Positions 12,867-25,912 of a stretch of 64,000 nt of DNA are shown piece by piece. The notes beneath the pieces are model-generated. The model saw nothing but the letters and a program-made list of their open reading frames with translations, ran no database searches and was not told the origin of the DNA. Both the position numbers and the translations under genes were made by a program. Source of the stretch: Harriotta raleighana (lineage: Eukaryota); NCBI GenBank assembly GCA_050575255.1, contig JBNZDD010013720.1, positions 9,101,767 to 9,165,766 of the forward strand, given 5' to 3'. Position 1 is the first letter of the stretch; each line of letters begins with the position of its first letter.

Positions 12867-13176
12867 TAGTAATAATCCTTGCATTTGATATAGCGCTTTT
12901 CACGTCTTCTAGATGTCTCAAAGCACTTCACAGAATATACTGTAAAGTGAATTGACTGTATATTTGTGAGCAAAATGCGGCAGCCAATTGGCACAGCAAA
13001 ATCCCACAAAGTTGTGGATTGAGATGACCAATTTTATTCATTTGTTTTGGACGGAGTACTGTTAGGCGTTTGGAGTAAGAAAACTTGCCCAAGGTTTCGC
13101 CCTGACCTGCCTGGATTCGAACACAGGTCTTATTCTTGTAAGGCGAGTGCTCTAACCACTGAGCTACAGGACTCCA
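12867..13176 (-). mobile_element. tRNA-SINE, full length
   Basis: GGAGTCCTGTAGCTCAGTGGTTAGAGCACTCGCC..GTTCGAATCC head through ATTATTACT tail. Confidence 0.9.
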
Positions 13177-14149
13177 CAACCCAAGCCAAATGAGCTGTTA
13201 GGTGAAACTCTAGATTGAATGGCTCGTCTATGTGAACCTTAACTGAACCAACCATGTATCCCTATCTCGTGGATTCCATAATAATCCCGAGCACTGACTG
13301 GCCCAGTGATTGTTCATGGATGTGTAGAACAAATTCTTGCAGTAATTGAAAGAGGTAATAAAAACATTCTTAAATAGACTCTAAATACTGTGCTTTACAT
13401 TCATGCACAGTCAATATTTTTTCCCAAAGTTGTGCTGTGAATTTGGGCAAATTGCACAGTAAATAAATGAAGCCAAAACGCCAATCTTAATAATACCTGT
13501 GGTGCAAAGTGAAACTATTCAATGACTGAAATCAAACATGATTATATGTTTTTGATTCAATTTCTTATTTTGCAAGGAATTTGGAACCAGCATTTAATTC
13601 ATTTTGTACGAATGAGTAATTTTACTGCCACTAGTTCAGCTCATTACATTTATTCAAAAAAACCTTTATGCGAAAGATAGCAAAAAGCAGCATTACAATC
13701 TAATTTACTTTCAAGATTTCTTCCTAACTGTATGTACTGGTAAGGAAAATAATAGGGTAATATGTTCAAACTCTACCATTTCCTATCTATATTTTAGAGA
13801 TGAGCTTTAGTTAAAACCTCAGTGTTGCTGGCAGCAACAACAACAACAACTTGCACTTATAAAGCACTCTGCGTGCCAGGTACCATCTCAGAATGCTTAA
13901 CAGTGGCAGAGCCTGGTAATTACCATTAGCAAAAGCATTCGCTGCTTTTAATGTTTTTTTAATTGCCATAACTGGCTATTGGAGCAAAACTAATCATTAT
14001 ATCTTGTAACATTGTGGGTTCGATTCAGGTTTGCAAAGCAATAAGCAGCTCTTACTGCAGGGATATTATAGACAGGAGAATGATTTTATTGCAGAAATTG
14101 CTCGTGACAAAGACACAATAATTACAGCGTCACAATAGTTCTGGCAACT

Positions 14150-14650
14150 CACTTTGGGAACATGGCCTTTTGTAGTGTAATTGGATTTCCAGAGGTCTTG
14201 ATAAAATGCCACATGAGAGGCAGGTGACTAATATAGGGGCATCTGGAATCATGGGTGATGCAGCAGAATGGCTTAAGGAATGGTTAGGAAACCAAAAGCA
14301 ACCTGTATTAATTAAACGTATCTTCTCAGGCTGGCAAGAGGTGTTCCGCAGTGATCTGTGTTAGGTTCACTACTGTTCACTACACACATAAAGGATTTGG
14401 ATTCAGGTATACAAGGTCAGTATTTGCAGATGACAATGCATGGTAAAGTGAAATTGTGGAACTCACTACCTAAAGCAATGGTTGAATTAAATAGTGTAGA
14501 TGTATTCAAGTTGATGATAGACCTTCATGTAAGGGAGAGAGGAATAGAAGGATATGAGAGGGAGCAAGGAATGGGTGAAGACTTCTATGGAGTATAAATA
14601 TCAATATGGACTAGTTAGGGCAAAGTGGCCTCTATCCATGCTGTACATTT
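14150..14650 (+). mobile_element. Degenerate CR1 LINE RT and 3' fragment
   Basis: LDFQ..DKMPHER-like remnant, LGSLLFT..IKDLD, and LWNSLPKAMVE..SVDVFK..ID. Confidence 0.75.
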
Positions 14651-15037
14651 TTTGCAAACATCTTCTTTGTACACTCTTTCTGTTACTGTTGGGACAGTTA
14701 AATAAGACTAAACTAGGCAAACACAGCAAGATTGCTAAACTAGACTACAAGGTTGAAGACAATAAGACAGTTAAACTAGACTGTATTAAACTAGACCAAA
14801 ACACCAAGATTGCTGATCTAAATCTTACAAAATATAGGTTATAGCCTTACCAGTGTTTAATCATGGCATGTAATATGGACTATCACATGTGCACACAAAC
14901 AAGTATTCTGCAAGTCACAAAATATAGGGAAGAAATCCTTGCATTACACTCTATTATAATCAATGCATTTATAAATTACTTAATGGAGTGTTTGGAATAT
15001 TAGAACTCCAACTGTAACTGAAGAAAATCTAACTATA

Positions 15038-15486
15038 CAGTAAAATACCGATAATCCAGCACGTTCGGGTCCCAGGCGGTGTCGGATTAGAAAATATGAG
15101 GGATTATTGGATGTTACTCTGAGGGATGGAAGGATTTGAGTGTGCTGTGCTCTTATCTATGTTACATACCTGTGTAACGAAAACCAGAGCTCTCCCCAGC
15201 CCGGCGAAGCAGGCTGTCTGACTAAAGAGGCATCGCACCCGCCAAAACTTTTAATTTTTAAAAAATTGCGCACACACGAGTGCATTTATTAAAGCGCGCA
15301 GGCGCACTTATTAAACGTGAAGTCAGTGACGGGTCCCGGAGGAAAATGCACCGAGGACTGTGAAGGCTCTCTGACAAGAGATGCGCATAGAGATGTGCAT
15401 ATTGGAAAAAGATGGACTGTTGCAGATGTCGGACTATAAAACATTCCGGATTAACAGGTGCCGGACGGATTAAAGGAATTTTACTG
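15038..15486. mobile_element. Tigger/pogo-like MITE (449 bp)
   Basis: TA TSD both sides; 20-bp imperfect TIR CAGTAAAATACCGATAATCC / GGATTAAAGGAATTTTACTG. Confidence 0.85.
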
Positions 15487-16350
15487 TAGTTTCCAATTTG
15501 GAAAATCCAATTTCTTACATAAATACAAGCAAGTCCCACTATAAAGCGATGGTTAGAGGGGCCATTCCCTACCAGCCTAATACTGTAATGGGGTGCTCGT
15601 CAATGCTTCTGTATCATGACATAATTAATAATATGATCAATGATCTCACTGAACATATTTAGCTTTATTCTCATGCTTCAAGCTACATGTGTATACATGT
15701 TTTGTACCACAACATTGTAATTTGAGGCGTACTGCAGCTGAAGGAACCAGCCAAGTTACTGGACTGGTGTGGACTGTAATTGCTTGCGTTCACACAATAA
15801 ATGAACCTGTTATAGCAGGGTTCTACTTTCACCCCCAACGCCTTGAGACATCCCCCCAACGTGAAAGGCGCTCTATAATTGTAATTTTGTTTTGTTATTG
15901 TTGTTGTCTACTGCAGCACCATAACACAGCGAGGCATACATTCAGAGCAAGGTGGTGAAGTGATGGATAATGGTAAATTCCCACCATAAGCACAAATTCG
16001 TAAAAGTCTGCAAAATTTACTATAGAGCAGGGTATTACCCAAGTGTATTGCAATGTAATCCACTAAACCAAACTAAATACATATTGAGGCATAAAATATG
16101 GACTGTTAACCTATGGCTGGGTTATTAATCCATGGGCTATTCACCCAACCCACCTTTTAGAACCCACAGTATTTGAAAAACACTATTCAACATTAACAGA
16201 TAGACTACAGGAACGAATATGGATCCTAAGCAGGACCCCAAAGCTTTTTCTTCATCTATTTCTTCCATTTACAGATTCTATATCAGCTCTTAAACCAGAA
16301 TGAACACACTTTCCCTATAAAACATTGAAAGGCAGTCTAATTATACTCAC

Positions 16351-16440
16351 CACTGTGATGACTTCAAGATCCTTAAGGTATGTTCGCTCTGTGGTAGAGA
16401 CTTCTTTGGCAATAAAATAAGCTTTATCTGTTGGGAAACG
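16351..16440 (-). CDS. FARP1: FARP1 exon 15 (90 nt), DH start: RFPTDKAYFIAKEVSTTERTYLKDLEVITV
   Basis: cccag|CGT...GTG|gtgagt; DH CR1 motif. Confidence 0.97.
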
Positions 16441-16706
16441 CTGGGAAACACAGGAATATCACATAACCAGCTTGCTGTGACAAGTTTGTTTACAATCTGA
16501 GAAATACTGTATTCCTCAGAGATGTGTTGCATTTCATTTTGAACAACAAAATGTAACAAAAGTCTGTTTTTTCCCCCAATGTTCACTTTCTTTCCGATCC
16601 GTGTCTGTTTGTGAGGATTGGTATGCACAAATTGGCTACTGTGTTTGCCCAAAGCATATGTACAGTCATAACACAGGATGCAGTGTATCCTGTGAAGCAC
16701 CACAAG

Positions 16707-17032
16707 ATAATAATAATCGTAGCATTTGATATAGTGCTTTTCATGTCTTCTAGACAGCTCAAAGTACCTCACAGAATGCACAGCAAAGTAAATTGACCGG
16801 AAAGTAAATTGTATATTTGGAGGTGTAACATGGCAGCCAATTGTGCACAGCAGTGTCCCTCAAACAGGCCATGGATTGATGTTACCAATTTATTTTGTCT
16901 TTTTTTAATTGAAGGATTATTATCAAGCATGTGGAGCAAGGAAACTTGCCCAAGGTTTTGCCCTGCTGGGAATTGAACCCAAGTCTCTCGCTTGCAAGGT
17001 GAGTGCTCTAATCACTGAGCTACAGGATTCCA
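16707..17032 (-). mobile_element. tRNA-SINE, full length
   Basis: Family head, core and tail all present. Confidence 0.88.
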
Positions 17033-18502
17033 CAAGATTTCTTTAAAGAGTCGTTAATATGTCTTGACGACACGATAAAGTGATGTATTAAATGCAAGAA
17101 TCATTTATAAATGAAATTATAATTTCCTGATTTGATGTTGATTTAGGAATTAGGAAATAAGGAATTAAGAAGTAAGTTTGATATACCTCTTTTTACATAA
17201 AGCTCAATTCATTTGTTACCAGGAATGTCACTAAATCAAGCAGTATAAGTGGGTTTAATAGTCAAAGGGTTAGGTTACAACTGACCCTTCTCAATGGTGA
17301 TGCCTATGAAGCCAGGAAACTTTGAATGATCAGTTCACAGATTGTGATTTGCAACAGCTGCTCATCGGGACACAACAACAACAACTTCGATACCATTCTT
17401 TCTACTAAACAAAATATGCATGAGTAGCCCATATCCCACTAAACAGTACATTAAACTTAGTTTCATGGACATTGTCATTGATACTGGATTAGGAAGAATT
17501 TAGAAGGAATATTTATCAATATGATGAATCCTGATACTGTATATGGTTAAGTTGACCCCAATGTGTGATACAAAGAGTAAAAGTATTTGAAGGATATTGT
17601 GAGAGTTGACATTAATCAGAAATAGATGGGTTTGTTAAGCCTAATAGCTTTTTCCTGTTGCTCAAAAAGTATTATGGTCTTGAGGCATTATTAAATTTAA
17701 AGTGTGCCATTCCATTTCATATTCTATAATTCGTTTCATCTGACAATTGCACTGTGAATGTGACAGAGGTGCAGGAGAATGAATATTACAAAAGCATAGC
17801 AAAGGTGATTCACCTCTTAGATCTGCGTTCAAATATAGTGTGGACAATGGGCAGGAGATGAACTTTCTTGAAGGTCCTGAAGAGTCCTAAATGTAATGAG
17901 CTTGGAGGTTGGAAAGTAGTAACGTGTAGCACTAAATGGATGACTTCATGTAATGGAGTCAGGATACAGGAAAGAGGAATGGTACAATGTCCAGCCCAAC
18001 TATTGAATCTCCCCAAATCATGGTCCACAGTTACAATAAGAAATGGAGGAAGCCATTCAGATCTTCCAGCCTACTCTGCCATTAAGTCTGTGGCAACTCT
18101 AAAAGCATTTACTGTCAAATTAAATATGTATTTGGGCAGTAGAGGCTTGTATGGATGGTATTAAGGATTATGTGAAATTAAAAAATCTGATGAGATCTAA
18201 TAACTAATGGGATAAGTGCTCTGAGACTCCGTCCGGGTTGGAGGGAGCTATATAAATCAAAGTTGTTGTTGTTGTAGATTGAATGGCCTCCTCCTGTTTT
18301 CTCATGTTAACTGTTTGGGCTCATTTACTTAGGTAGGAATGTGCAGGACTAGGAAAAAACATTGTGATGTATCTGGCTTCTCAATTTTCTTTCAGTTAAT
18401 GCAAGTTACTGTTTGAAAAAGTCTTACCTTTATGTACATTATTCTTAGCTAATGTAGTGGATAAGTTTATGAATGTATAAAAAATTCAATTTCTCCATAG
18501 AA

Positions 18503-18900
18503 ACAACAACAACAAAATTACATTTATAGAGAGCCTTTCACATCGGGAGGACATCCCAAGGTCCTGAACAGTCAGGTCGAGACCCGAGCAAAAGAGAGAG
18601 ACAGGGTAGAAGGGAGGGGCAGGAAATAAATTAGGAGGGNAGTCAGGTCGAGACCCGAGCAAAAGAGAGAGACAGGGTAGAAGGGAGGGGAAGGAAATAA
18701 ATTAGGAGGGGAGAGTTGGAAGGGGAGGTAGAGAGTTGGGAAGGCAGATGGCACGATCGAAACCAGTGAGTGCTAGAATCTATGACACGGCTTTNAGAGT
18801 TGGGAGGGGAGGTAGAGAGTTGGGAGGGGAGGTAGAGAGTTGGGAAAGCAGATGGCACGATCGAAACCAGTGAGTGCTAGAATCTATGACACAGGGGGAG
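18503..18900 (-). mobile_element. L2 3' tail/UTR fragment with two N-associated duplications
   Basis: CAACAACAAAATTACATTTATAGAGAGCCTTTCACATCGGGAGGACATCCCAAGG followed by purine-rich segment. Confidence 0.75.
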
Positions 18901-19259
18901 GGCTTCTACCCGTGGCATTAGTGGCATCTTTGCTCTTCCAATTAAGACATCTATTTTAATCCCAATTCACTGCTTCATTACTATAATGCATTCTTCCACA
19001 TTCAACTCCCTTTTAAATGCCTCTCCTGTGAACTCACCATTCCCCAATAAAATCCCTGTCAATACACTTTAATCTTGTTCAATATTTTGTTACAAAAGAC
19101 ACTGAAAAGCATCAAAAAAATAAAGGTATACAAATGTGTTTTGTCTAAGATGTCCTTGATGCAGGATTTCCTGCAGCAAACTGTTCTCACTATGTGCTGC
19201 TGTGACATAGTTGGCTGCTGGGATAGCAGCAGGGTGCTATATGCTAATTAAACTCATAC

Positions 19260-19447
19260 CTTTCTCCTCATTTCTTCTTCATCATCAATCTTGACATATG
19301 CTGCGTCAGTTAGCGGTGGAGTCATCAGTGGGGAATGCTGCTTACCATCTGGGCTCAGGCTCGGAGACAGCGAGAGGTTCTGAATGCCAGGACCTCCGTG
19401 TGAATTAAGTGACAGCTCAGAGACATGAGGGCTGCATGTCAGAGAAC
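19260..19447 (-). CDS. FARP1: FARP1 exon 14 (188 nt): (G)SLTCSPHVSELSLNSHGG...KIDDEEEMRRK
   Basis: cttcag|GTTCT...AAG|gtatga; phase 1 to 0. Confidence 0.95.
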
Positions 19448-20377
19448 CTGAAGGAGCAGAGTAGTTCATGTTACACAGCAGTCTGCGGTCATCAGACAAA
19501 GTTTATCTTTGGAATATGTATATTTTTAAGAATAAGATTATTCTGAATTGTGTTTTTGCGGAGGCTTGACAATCCAATAAAATAGATCAGTTTCCAACTT
19601 TTTATCTAACTATGTAATAAGGGGAGATAAATGGATGAGCTGAAATTTATTATTCCTTTTCATTTCCACAGTAATGAAGTCATCAGTAATGATGTTCAAG
19701 CCATCCATTTGAACAATCATTAGCCTGTCTGAGAGAAGGGAGGATGTCACATCTAATCAGCCACATTTGTGCTATGGACCCATGTCTACTGCAGAGTACG
19801 TCAAGGAGCTGTCAGTAGAAGGATATGTCACATTGTTATCTTATTTCCGGGTCTCAAAGGATAGGGACCAGTGACTGAAACTAACACTTCTCTCAGTCTA
19901 TTCAATGAGATTTGGGTTGTGCTGTGATTGTGTTTTGCTTCTTAATATGCAATATGACTGGAACATATAATTAAACCACTTTGCTAAACATAATTTCAAC
20001 TATGTATTCATCCCTTTGTTGACATTTCTCATTGTTTGTCTTGGCACTAATAGTGGCTGTGGTAGAATCAGCTAAATATTCATTAAGATTAGTAGTGAGG
20101 CACTTCCCTGGGCCTCAACATTTCTAAATGAAGCTGTTTTTTCTGCACTTATGTTAAAAAATACACTTCCAAAATATTTCTTCAAAATTATGCACAATAC
20201 TGCTAATCTTAAAATGTTCACAACACTGAGCTCAGGGCTAAAACTGAGGCATTTCAGGCATGTGTGCAACAATAAACCTGCTCAGATGATGAGAGGGAAG
20301 GAAGATTTGGTGATTTCTATTAAGAAACTCTTCAGGATTGCATCCAGTGAGATCGCCAACTTAATTTATGATGGTTA

Positions 20378-20580
20378 TAATAATAATCCTTGCATTAGAT
20401 ATAGCACTTTTCATGTCTTCTCGACGTCCCAAAGCACTTCACGGAATATATTGTAAAGTGAATTGACTTTAAATGTGTGGGCGAAACGCAGTAGCCAATT
20501 GCGCACAGCAGTGTCCCACAAACAGTTGTGGATTGAAATGATCAATTTTATTATTGGGGTGTTTTTTGAGGGATTATTAT
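20378..20580 (-). mobile_element. tRNA-SINE 3' half
   Basis: Family tail and core. Confidence 0.85.
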
Positions 20581-21554
20581 TGTGGTTGTGTATATTATGT
20601 ATTAATGCTTCTTTTGCAGTGTGAAATCACAGGAGTTCTGTAAAATTAACTGCAGGACACAAATATACTAATGTTTTGTTACTTGTGTCTGGCTGGTACA
20701 ATGCAAGAGATGCCAGCAACTTACGCAACAATCTTGCTCAGGTAATGAGAGGAGAGATGCAATGCTTATCAGTAAAACATTCTGTGCTCTTCAGGCCTGA
20801 AGCCACAGAGAGCACTAACTTGATGTTTTGTTATTATACAGGTCACTGTTGAGAACATGTCTGAGGAGTCTAAATTGTGATCATGTTTGCTTAATAGGGG
20901 GCTTTAATATTTTTAATGTACAACTGTGTATATATTTTGATGCATAATTTCAATGGAGCAGAAAATGTTCAAAGGGTGGTCTGGAACAGATCTTGAAAAT
21001 TCTTAAGGATAAATTGCAAACGTTTACGCCTCTTCGTTGGTGAATTAATAACAGGGGTGTATACATTCTGGATTCACTGGAAGAGTTAAAGAGGAGGTCA
21101 GAAGAAACTTGTTCATACAGAGGGTTGTCAGAACAGGAATACTTTGTTGCAAGTAATTAATAGGCTGGCATTGGCCTAATGGCTGGTCTGTGCTGCGATT
21201 TGGGGGATTGTATCGTAAGTAAGATATGTTTATCTAACTCCTGAGAGAATTCTCACTTACATAGAAACCCCTACAGGCTCAACAAATTGCATCAGTGTAG
21301 TTTGTGGAAAGTACAGAATTTTATATTATTATTATATTATCTTATTTTAGGGGCCAAATTGGCTTTTCTCAGTCTGTATTTTTCTCTTTATTTAAAACTT
21401 GCCATCATCGGGAGCTATTTCACACCTGCAATGCCACCTAGCAGGCAGGAATGACATGGGTTTGGTATATGGCTGAGGACAAGTTTCATAAATAGTGAAT
21501 CCTGCAGACTAATTCTATAGAACTTTACTTGATCGAACGTCAATTTTAGAGTCT

Positions 21555-21785
21555 ATAATAATCCTTGTATTGTGTAACAGCACCTTATCATATCTTCCAG
21601 ATGTCTCAAAGCGCTTCGCATAATACACTGTAAAGTGAATTGACTGTATGTTTTGTAAGAACATAAGAAATAGGAGCAGAAGTAGGCCATTCAGCCCCTC
21701 AAGCCTGCCCCGCCATTTAATAAGATCATGACTGATCTTCTAACCTAATATCATTTATCCACCCTATCCCCATTGTGGGCAAAAA
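21555..21785 (-). mobile_element. SINE tail interrupted by CR1 3' end (about 21657-21772)
   Basis: AAGAACATAAGAAATAGGAGCAGAAGTAGGCCATTCAGCCCCTC lies between SINE ...GACTGTATGTTTTGT and TTGTGGGC. Confidence 0.75.
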
Positions 21786-22847
21786 CAAGTTCCTGATAGA
21801 GATTAATGGAGGTCACAGCCCAGATTTCTCAAGGGTTGGAGTTGGACACATTCAATATCTCTGTATTTGCTACTTATCAATTAATTTGCGAAGTTGACAA
21901 ATGGTATCAGATATTTACGTTTGACATGTTTTTTTTACAAAAGAAACTCAACTTTCTTAATAATCATTGCATACTATGATTGGCCTATTACCATCCGGTC
22001 AGTGTTAAATGTTATGACTATACAGGCGGAAGCAAAGCTGCTAATATCACATACTGTATCTTCTCTTACTTTATCTTTACAGGATCCTCACGAATGGTGA
22101 TGGTAGGTGGTGGGAGTGGGGGAATGGTGTAGGAAGGGAAATTCATACTGACTTTAAACATCACCAGTTTTAATCACACTGCTCTTGAAACCACTTCCTC
22201 TAGGTGATGTCAGGGGTAGTGCTGAAGCACAATTCACATTACCTGAGCTTCTGTTTCTAATGCAGCAATACGGTGGATCACTCTAATTCACTAATAAAAT
22301 TCCATCATAAACACAGCATGTCGATAAGACATGAAAAGCATTATATCAAATCCAAGGATTATTATTATCAACCAAATAGATGTCAGCTTTCAGTGATGGA
22401 TGGGGGAGCTTTTACTTAACCTTCCCCAATCGTCATCCTCGATTGCACATGATGATGTTGTGAATAAAGCCAAAGCTCCATTTGGTCAATATGTATTTGC
22501 TAAAGTACAATGTAGATCACTGTCATTAATGACAGAGGACCTCTTTCTTCACAGCCAACAATAACTCTAACCTTCTTTTCCGACAATCCTGCATTTTGTC
22601 TGCTTTTTAGCCTGAGGCCTAGTTATGTATTGAAACAAATCAATCACAGACACAAAAATGATTAAGAAAATCTAGTAATAAAAATTGCACTAGTATTTGC
22701 ACCTGGATCCAATTTTGTTTAAAACAAACTGCTAAACCAGATTCCCATTAAAGGAACGTGTTAAACGAAACAACTGTGAAAAGATTGGAATGATATTTAA
22801 CTCCAGTAGACAAGTGGCAAAATCACCTTCTCCTAATCTTTTGAATA

Positions 22848-23155
22848 ACAATAATAATCCTTGCATTTTGATACAGCGTTTTTCACGTATTCTAAACATC
22901 TCAAAGTGCTTCACAGAATATATTGTAAAGTGAATTGACTGTGTATTTGTGGGCAAAATGCAGGAGCTAATTGTGCACAGCAGTGTCCCACAAACAACCA
23001 TGGATTGAAATGATCAATTTATTATAGTTTTTTTGGGGAGATGGATTATTATTAGGCATGTGGAGTAAGGAAACTTGCCCAAAGTTTTGCACTGACCTGC
23101 CTGGATTTGAAAAAACACACATCTAGTGCTCTAACCACTGAGCTAAAGGACTCCA
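22848..23155 (-). mobile_element. tRNA-SINE, full length
   Basis: Family head, core and tail all present. Confidence 0.88.
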
Positions 23156-23324
23156 CATGATTCCAATCTATTAACAGCTCAGCCCTGGTAGCCTGCCATA
23201 AGGTCCACAGGTTCAAGGACTTGGAGATGTCTTCTCGATGTCAAATGTTTATAGCATTGAAGATAAATAGAAGATAAAACTTAATGTTATAATTTTGTCT
23301 ACTGCCCAAACATCTAGAAACGTG

Positions 23325-24830
23325 CAAAACATAGAAACAGGAGTCAGGCTATTCAGCCCCTCAAGCCTGTTCCACCATTCTATAAAATCATGGTTGATCT
23401 CTACCTCAAGTCGAGTTACCCACCCTGGCCCCATCTTCCTTAATACCCAGACCTAACAAATATCTATTTTCCTCCATCTTAAAAATGTGAATAGGTCCAG
23501 CATTTACAGCTTTTTGGGGAAGTGCATTCCAGGTTTCCAAAACCCTTTGGATGAAAAACTGACTCATAATTTCACTCCTGAATGGACTAGCTCTAATTTC
23601 ACGATTATGCCCCCCTGTTCTGGATTCCTGTAGTTTACAACACCAACAACAAAATTACATTTGTAAAGGGCCTTTCATGTCGGGAGGATGTCCCAAGAAC
23701 TGAACAGCCAGGGATTGTTTCCCGGGCGGGGGGGTGGGAGTCGAAAAGGGAGGTCTTAAGTCGTACCTTGGAAGAGATGAAGGGATTGTGAGATGGATTA
23801 GAGTTTAACTGTTTAGAGTACTTGCCTCGCAAGTGAGAGGGCTAGGTTTGATTCCCGGGGAGGACAAAATGTTGGGCAAGCTTTCTTACTCCACACACCT
23901 CTATTGGCCCAGCAGTAATTAGGAAACCGGTTGTCAACTGACTGGCGGATTGTTTTCTGGGTGGAATAATTCCTTAAAAAAATAAACATTTGGTCCACCC
24001 AATCCATGACTGTTTGTGTGACACTGCTGTGCCCAATTGGCTGCTGTGTATTGCCCACAAAACATAGTCAATTCACTTTACATTATATTCTCTGAAGCGA
24101 TTTGATATGTCAATAAAACATGATAAAACATTATATCAAATGCAAGGATTATTATTATTCCCCTACCAGAGATAATAGTTTCTCTGTATCTACTCTGTCA
24201 AATCCCTTTATTATTTGAAAAACCTCAATCAGATTACCCCTCAACCTTCTAAACTCAAGGGGTGGAGGACATGCAGTGTGCTACAGAAAATCCAAGTTGT
24301 TGTTTTTGTTGAAGAGAGACCAAGTTTATGCAACCAGTCCTCATAATCTAACCCTTTAAATACTGGTATCATTCTAGTGAATCTGTGCTATACCCACTTC
24401 AGGCACAATATATCCATCTTGAGATGTTGTGCCCGAAACTGAGTGCAATACTCCATCGGGGTCCGAACAAGGCTCCATATAGTTGAAGCATTATTTCCTC
24501 TGCTTTATATTCCAGCTCCCTTGAGATAACGGCCAAAATCCCATTAGCCTTTTTGATAACATTTCCCATCTGTGAGCTTGTTTTTAATAATTTGTGTATA
24601 TATACATCCAAATCACTTTTCTCTTCTACAGTTCTTAGTTGCTGCCCATTTAGAAAATATTCTGTTTCACTATTTTTGAATCCATAGTTGATGATCTCAC
24701 ACATTGAATTCCTTCTACCTCAGTTTCGCCCGCTCACTTAATCTTTCTGAATAACCCTTAAACCTTCTGTACCTCCTAACTTTATGCCACCTGCAAATTT
24801 GGATATAAAACTCTCTATTCCTTCATTCCA
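23325..24830 (-). mobile_element. CR1 LINE 3' portion, split by nested SINE/L2 insertion (about 23623-24159)
   Basis: ORF 24399-24704 (EYFLNGQQL..EEKSDLDVYIH..KKANGILA..LEYK) is CR1 RT C-terminus; CR1 terminus at 23325-23400. Confidence 0.85.
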
Positions 24831-25136
24831 TCTCGCTTACTCCCCCTCTCCTGACTTCCCCTCACTCCCTTACCACCACCCCGTGACTCCCTCCTATAAT
24901 TCACACACGAGAAAACAGGTGCATCTGATAGTGTGTGAGCAAGAGAATGAGCATAAGAGCAAGAGAATGAGCATAAGAGCAAGAGAACAAGTGTGTCTGA
25001 AGTTAGAAAGAGAGAGACAGACCCAACAGCTAGTGATCAGGAGAGAGAGTGGTCAGCCCTGAGAGTGAGGAGAGCAGATAGCCTGACAGCTACCCACCCT
25101 CGCTTCAGTCATGAATTCTCGCACACAAGAGCATTG

Positions 25137-25756
25137 TGGAGTCCTGTAGCTCAGTGTTTAGCTCCCTCTCCTTGCAAGCAAGAGGACCTGATTTTGTTTC
25201 CCAGGCAGGACAGGCAAAACGTTAGGCAAGTTTACATATTCTACACACAGCTCTGTTTAGCAAGCAGTAAGTGGGAAGCAGCTGGTTAGTTAATTGGCAC
25301 AGCGTTTTTCCTGGTAGGGGTAATAATCCCTTCAAAAAACAAAAACTAATTTATTTACTTTCTACCCATGACTATTTGTGGGACAGCCACTACACAGCCA
25401 CTACACTTTCCAGTATATTCTGTGAAGAGCTTTGATATCTCTGGACAAAATGCTAATAATAATAATAATAAACCTTGCATTTGATATAGCGCTTTTCATG
25501 TCCTCCAGACATCTCAAAGCACTTTCACAGAATATACTGTAAAGAGAATTGACTATGCATTTGTGGGCGAAATCCGGCAGTCAACCAGATTGAATTGTGA
25601 ATTGAAATGACCAATTTATTATGGGTTAATTTCGAAGGATTATTATTAGGTGTATGGAGTAAGAAAACTTGCCCAAGGTTTTGCTCTGCCTGAAATTGAA
25701 CCCAGGTCTCTCTCTTGTAAGGTGAGTGCTTTAACCACTGAGCTACCGGACTCCAC
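25137..25756. mobile_element. Tail-to-tail inverted pair of tRNA-SINEs
   Basis: + copy 25137-25455 and - copy 25455-25756 meet at an (AAT)n tract. Confidence 0.88.
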
Positions 25757-25764
25757 TATTTATT

Positions 25765-25912
25765 TATCCAGATATTTGTTAGATCAGGGTATTAAGAGAT
25801 ACGGGGCAAGGGTGGGTAACCGGACTTGAGGTACAGATCAGTCATGATCTTATAAAATGGCGGTACAATGCCAGAATCAAGGGGCTGAACAGCCTACTCC
25901 TGTTTCTGTGAT
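25765..25912 (+). mobile_element. CR1 3' end
   Basis: GATCAGTCATGATCTTATAAAATGGCGG...GGGGCTGAACAGCCTACTCCTG. Confidence 0.75.

Noticed and set aside
12867-13176. tRNA genes at SINE heads
   Set aside because: A/B boxes continue into SINE body and tail and lack a proper acceptor stem.
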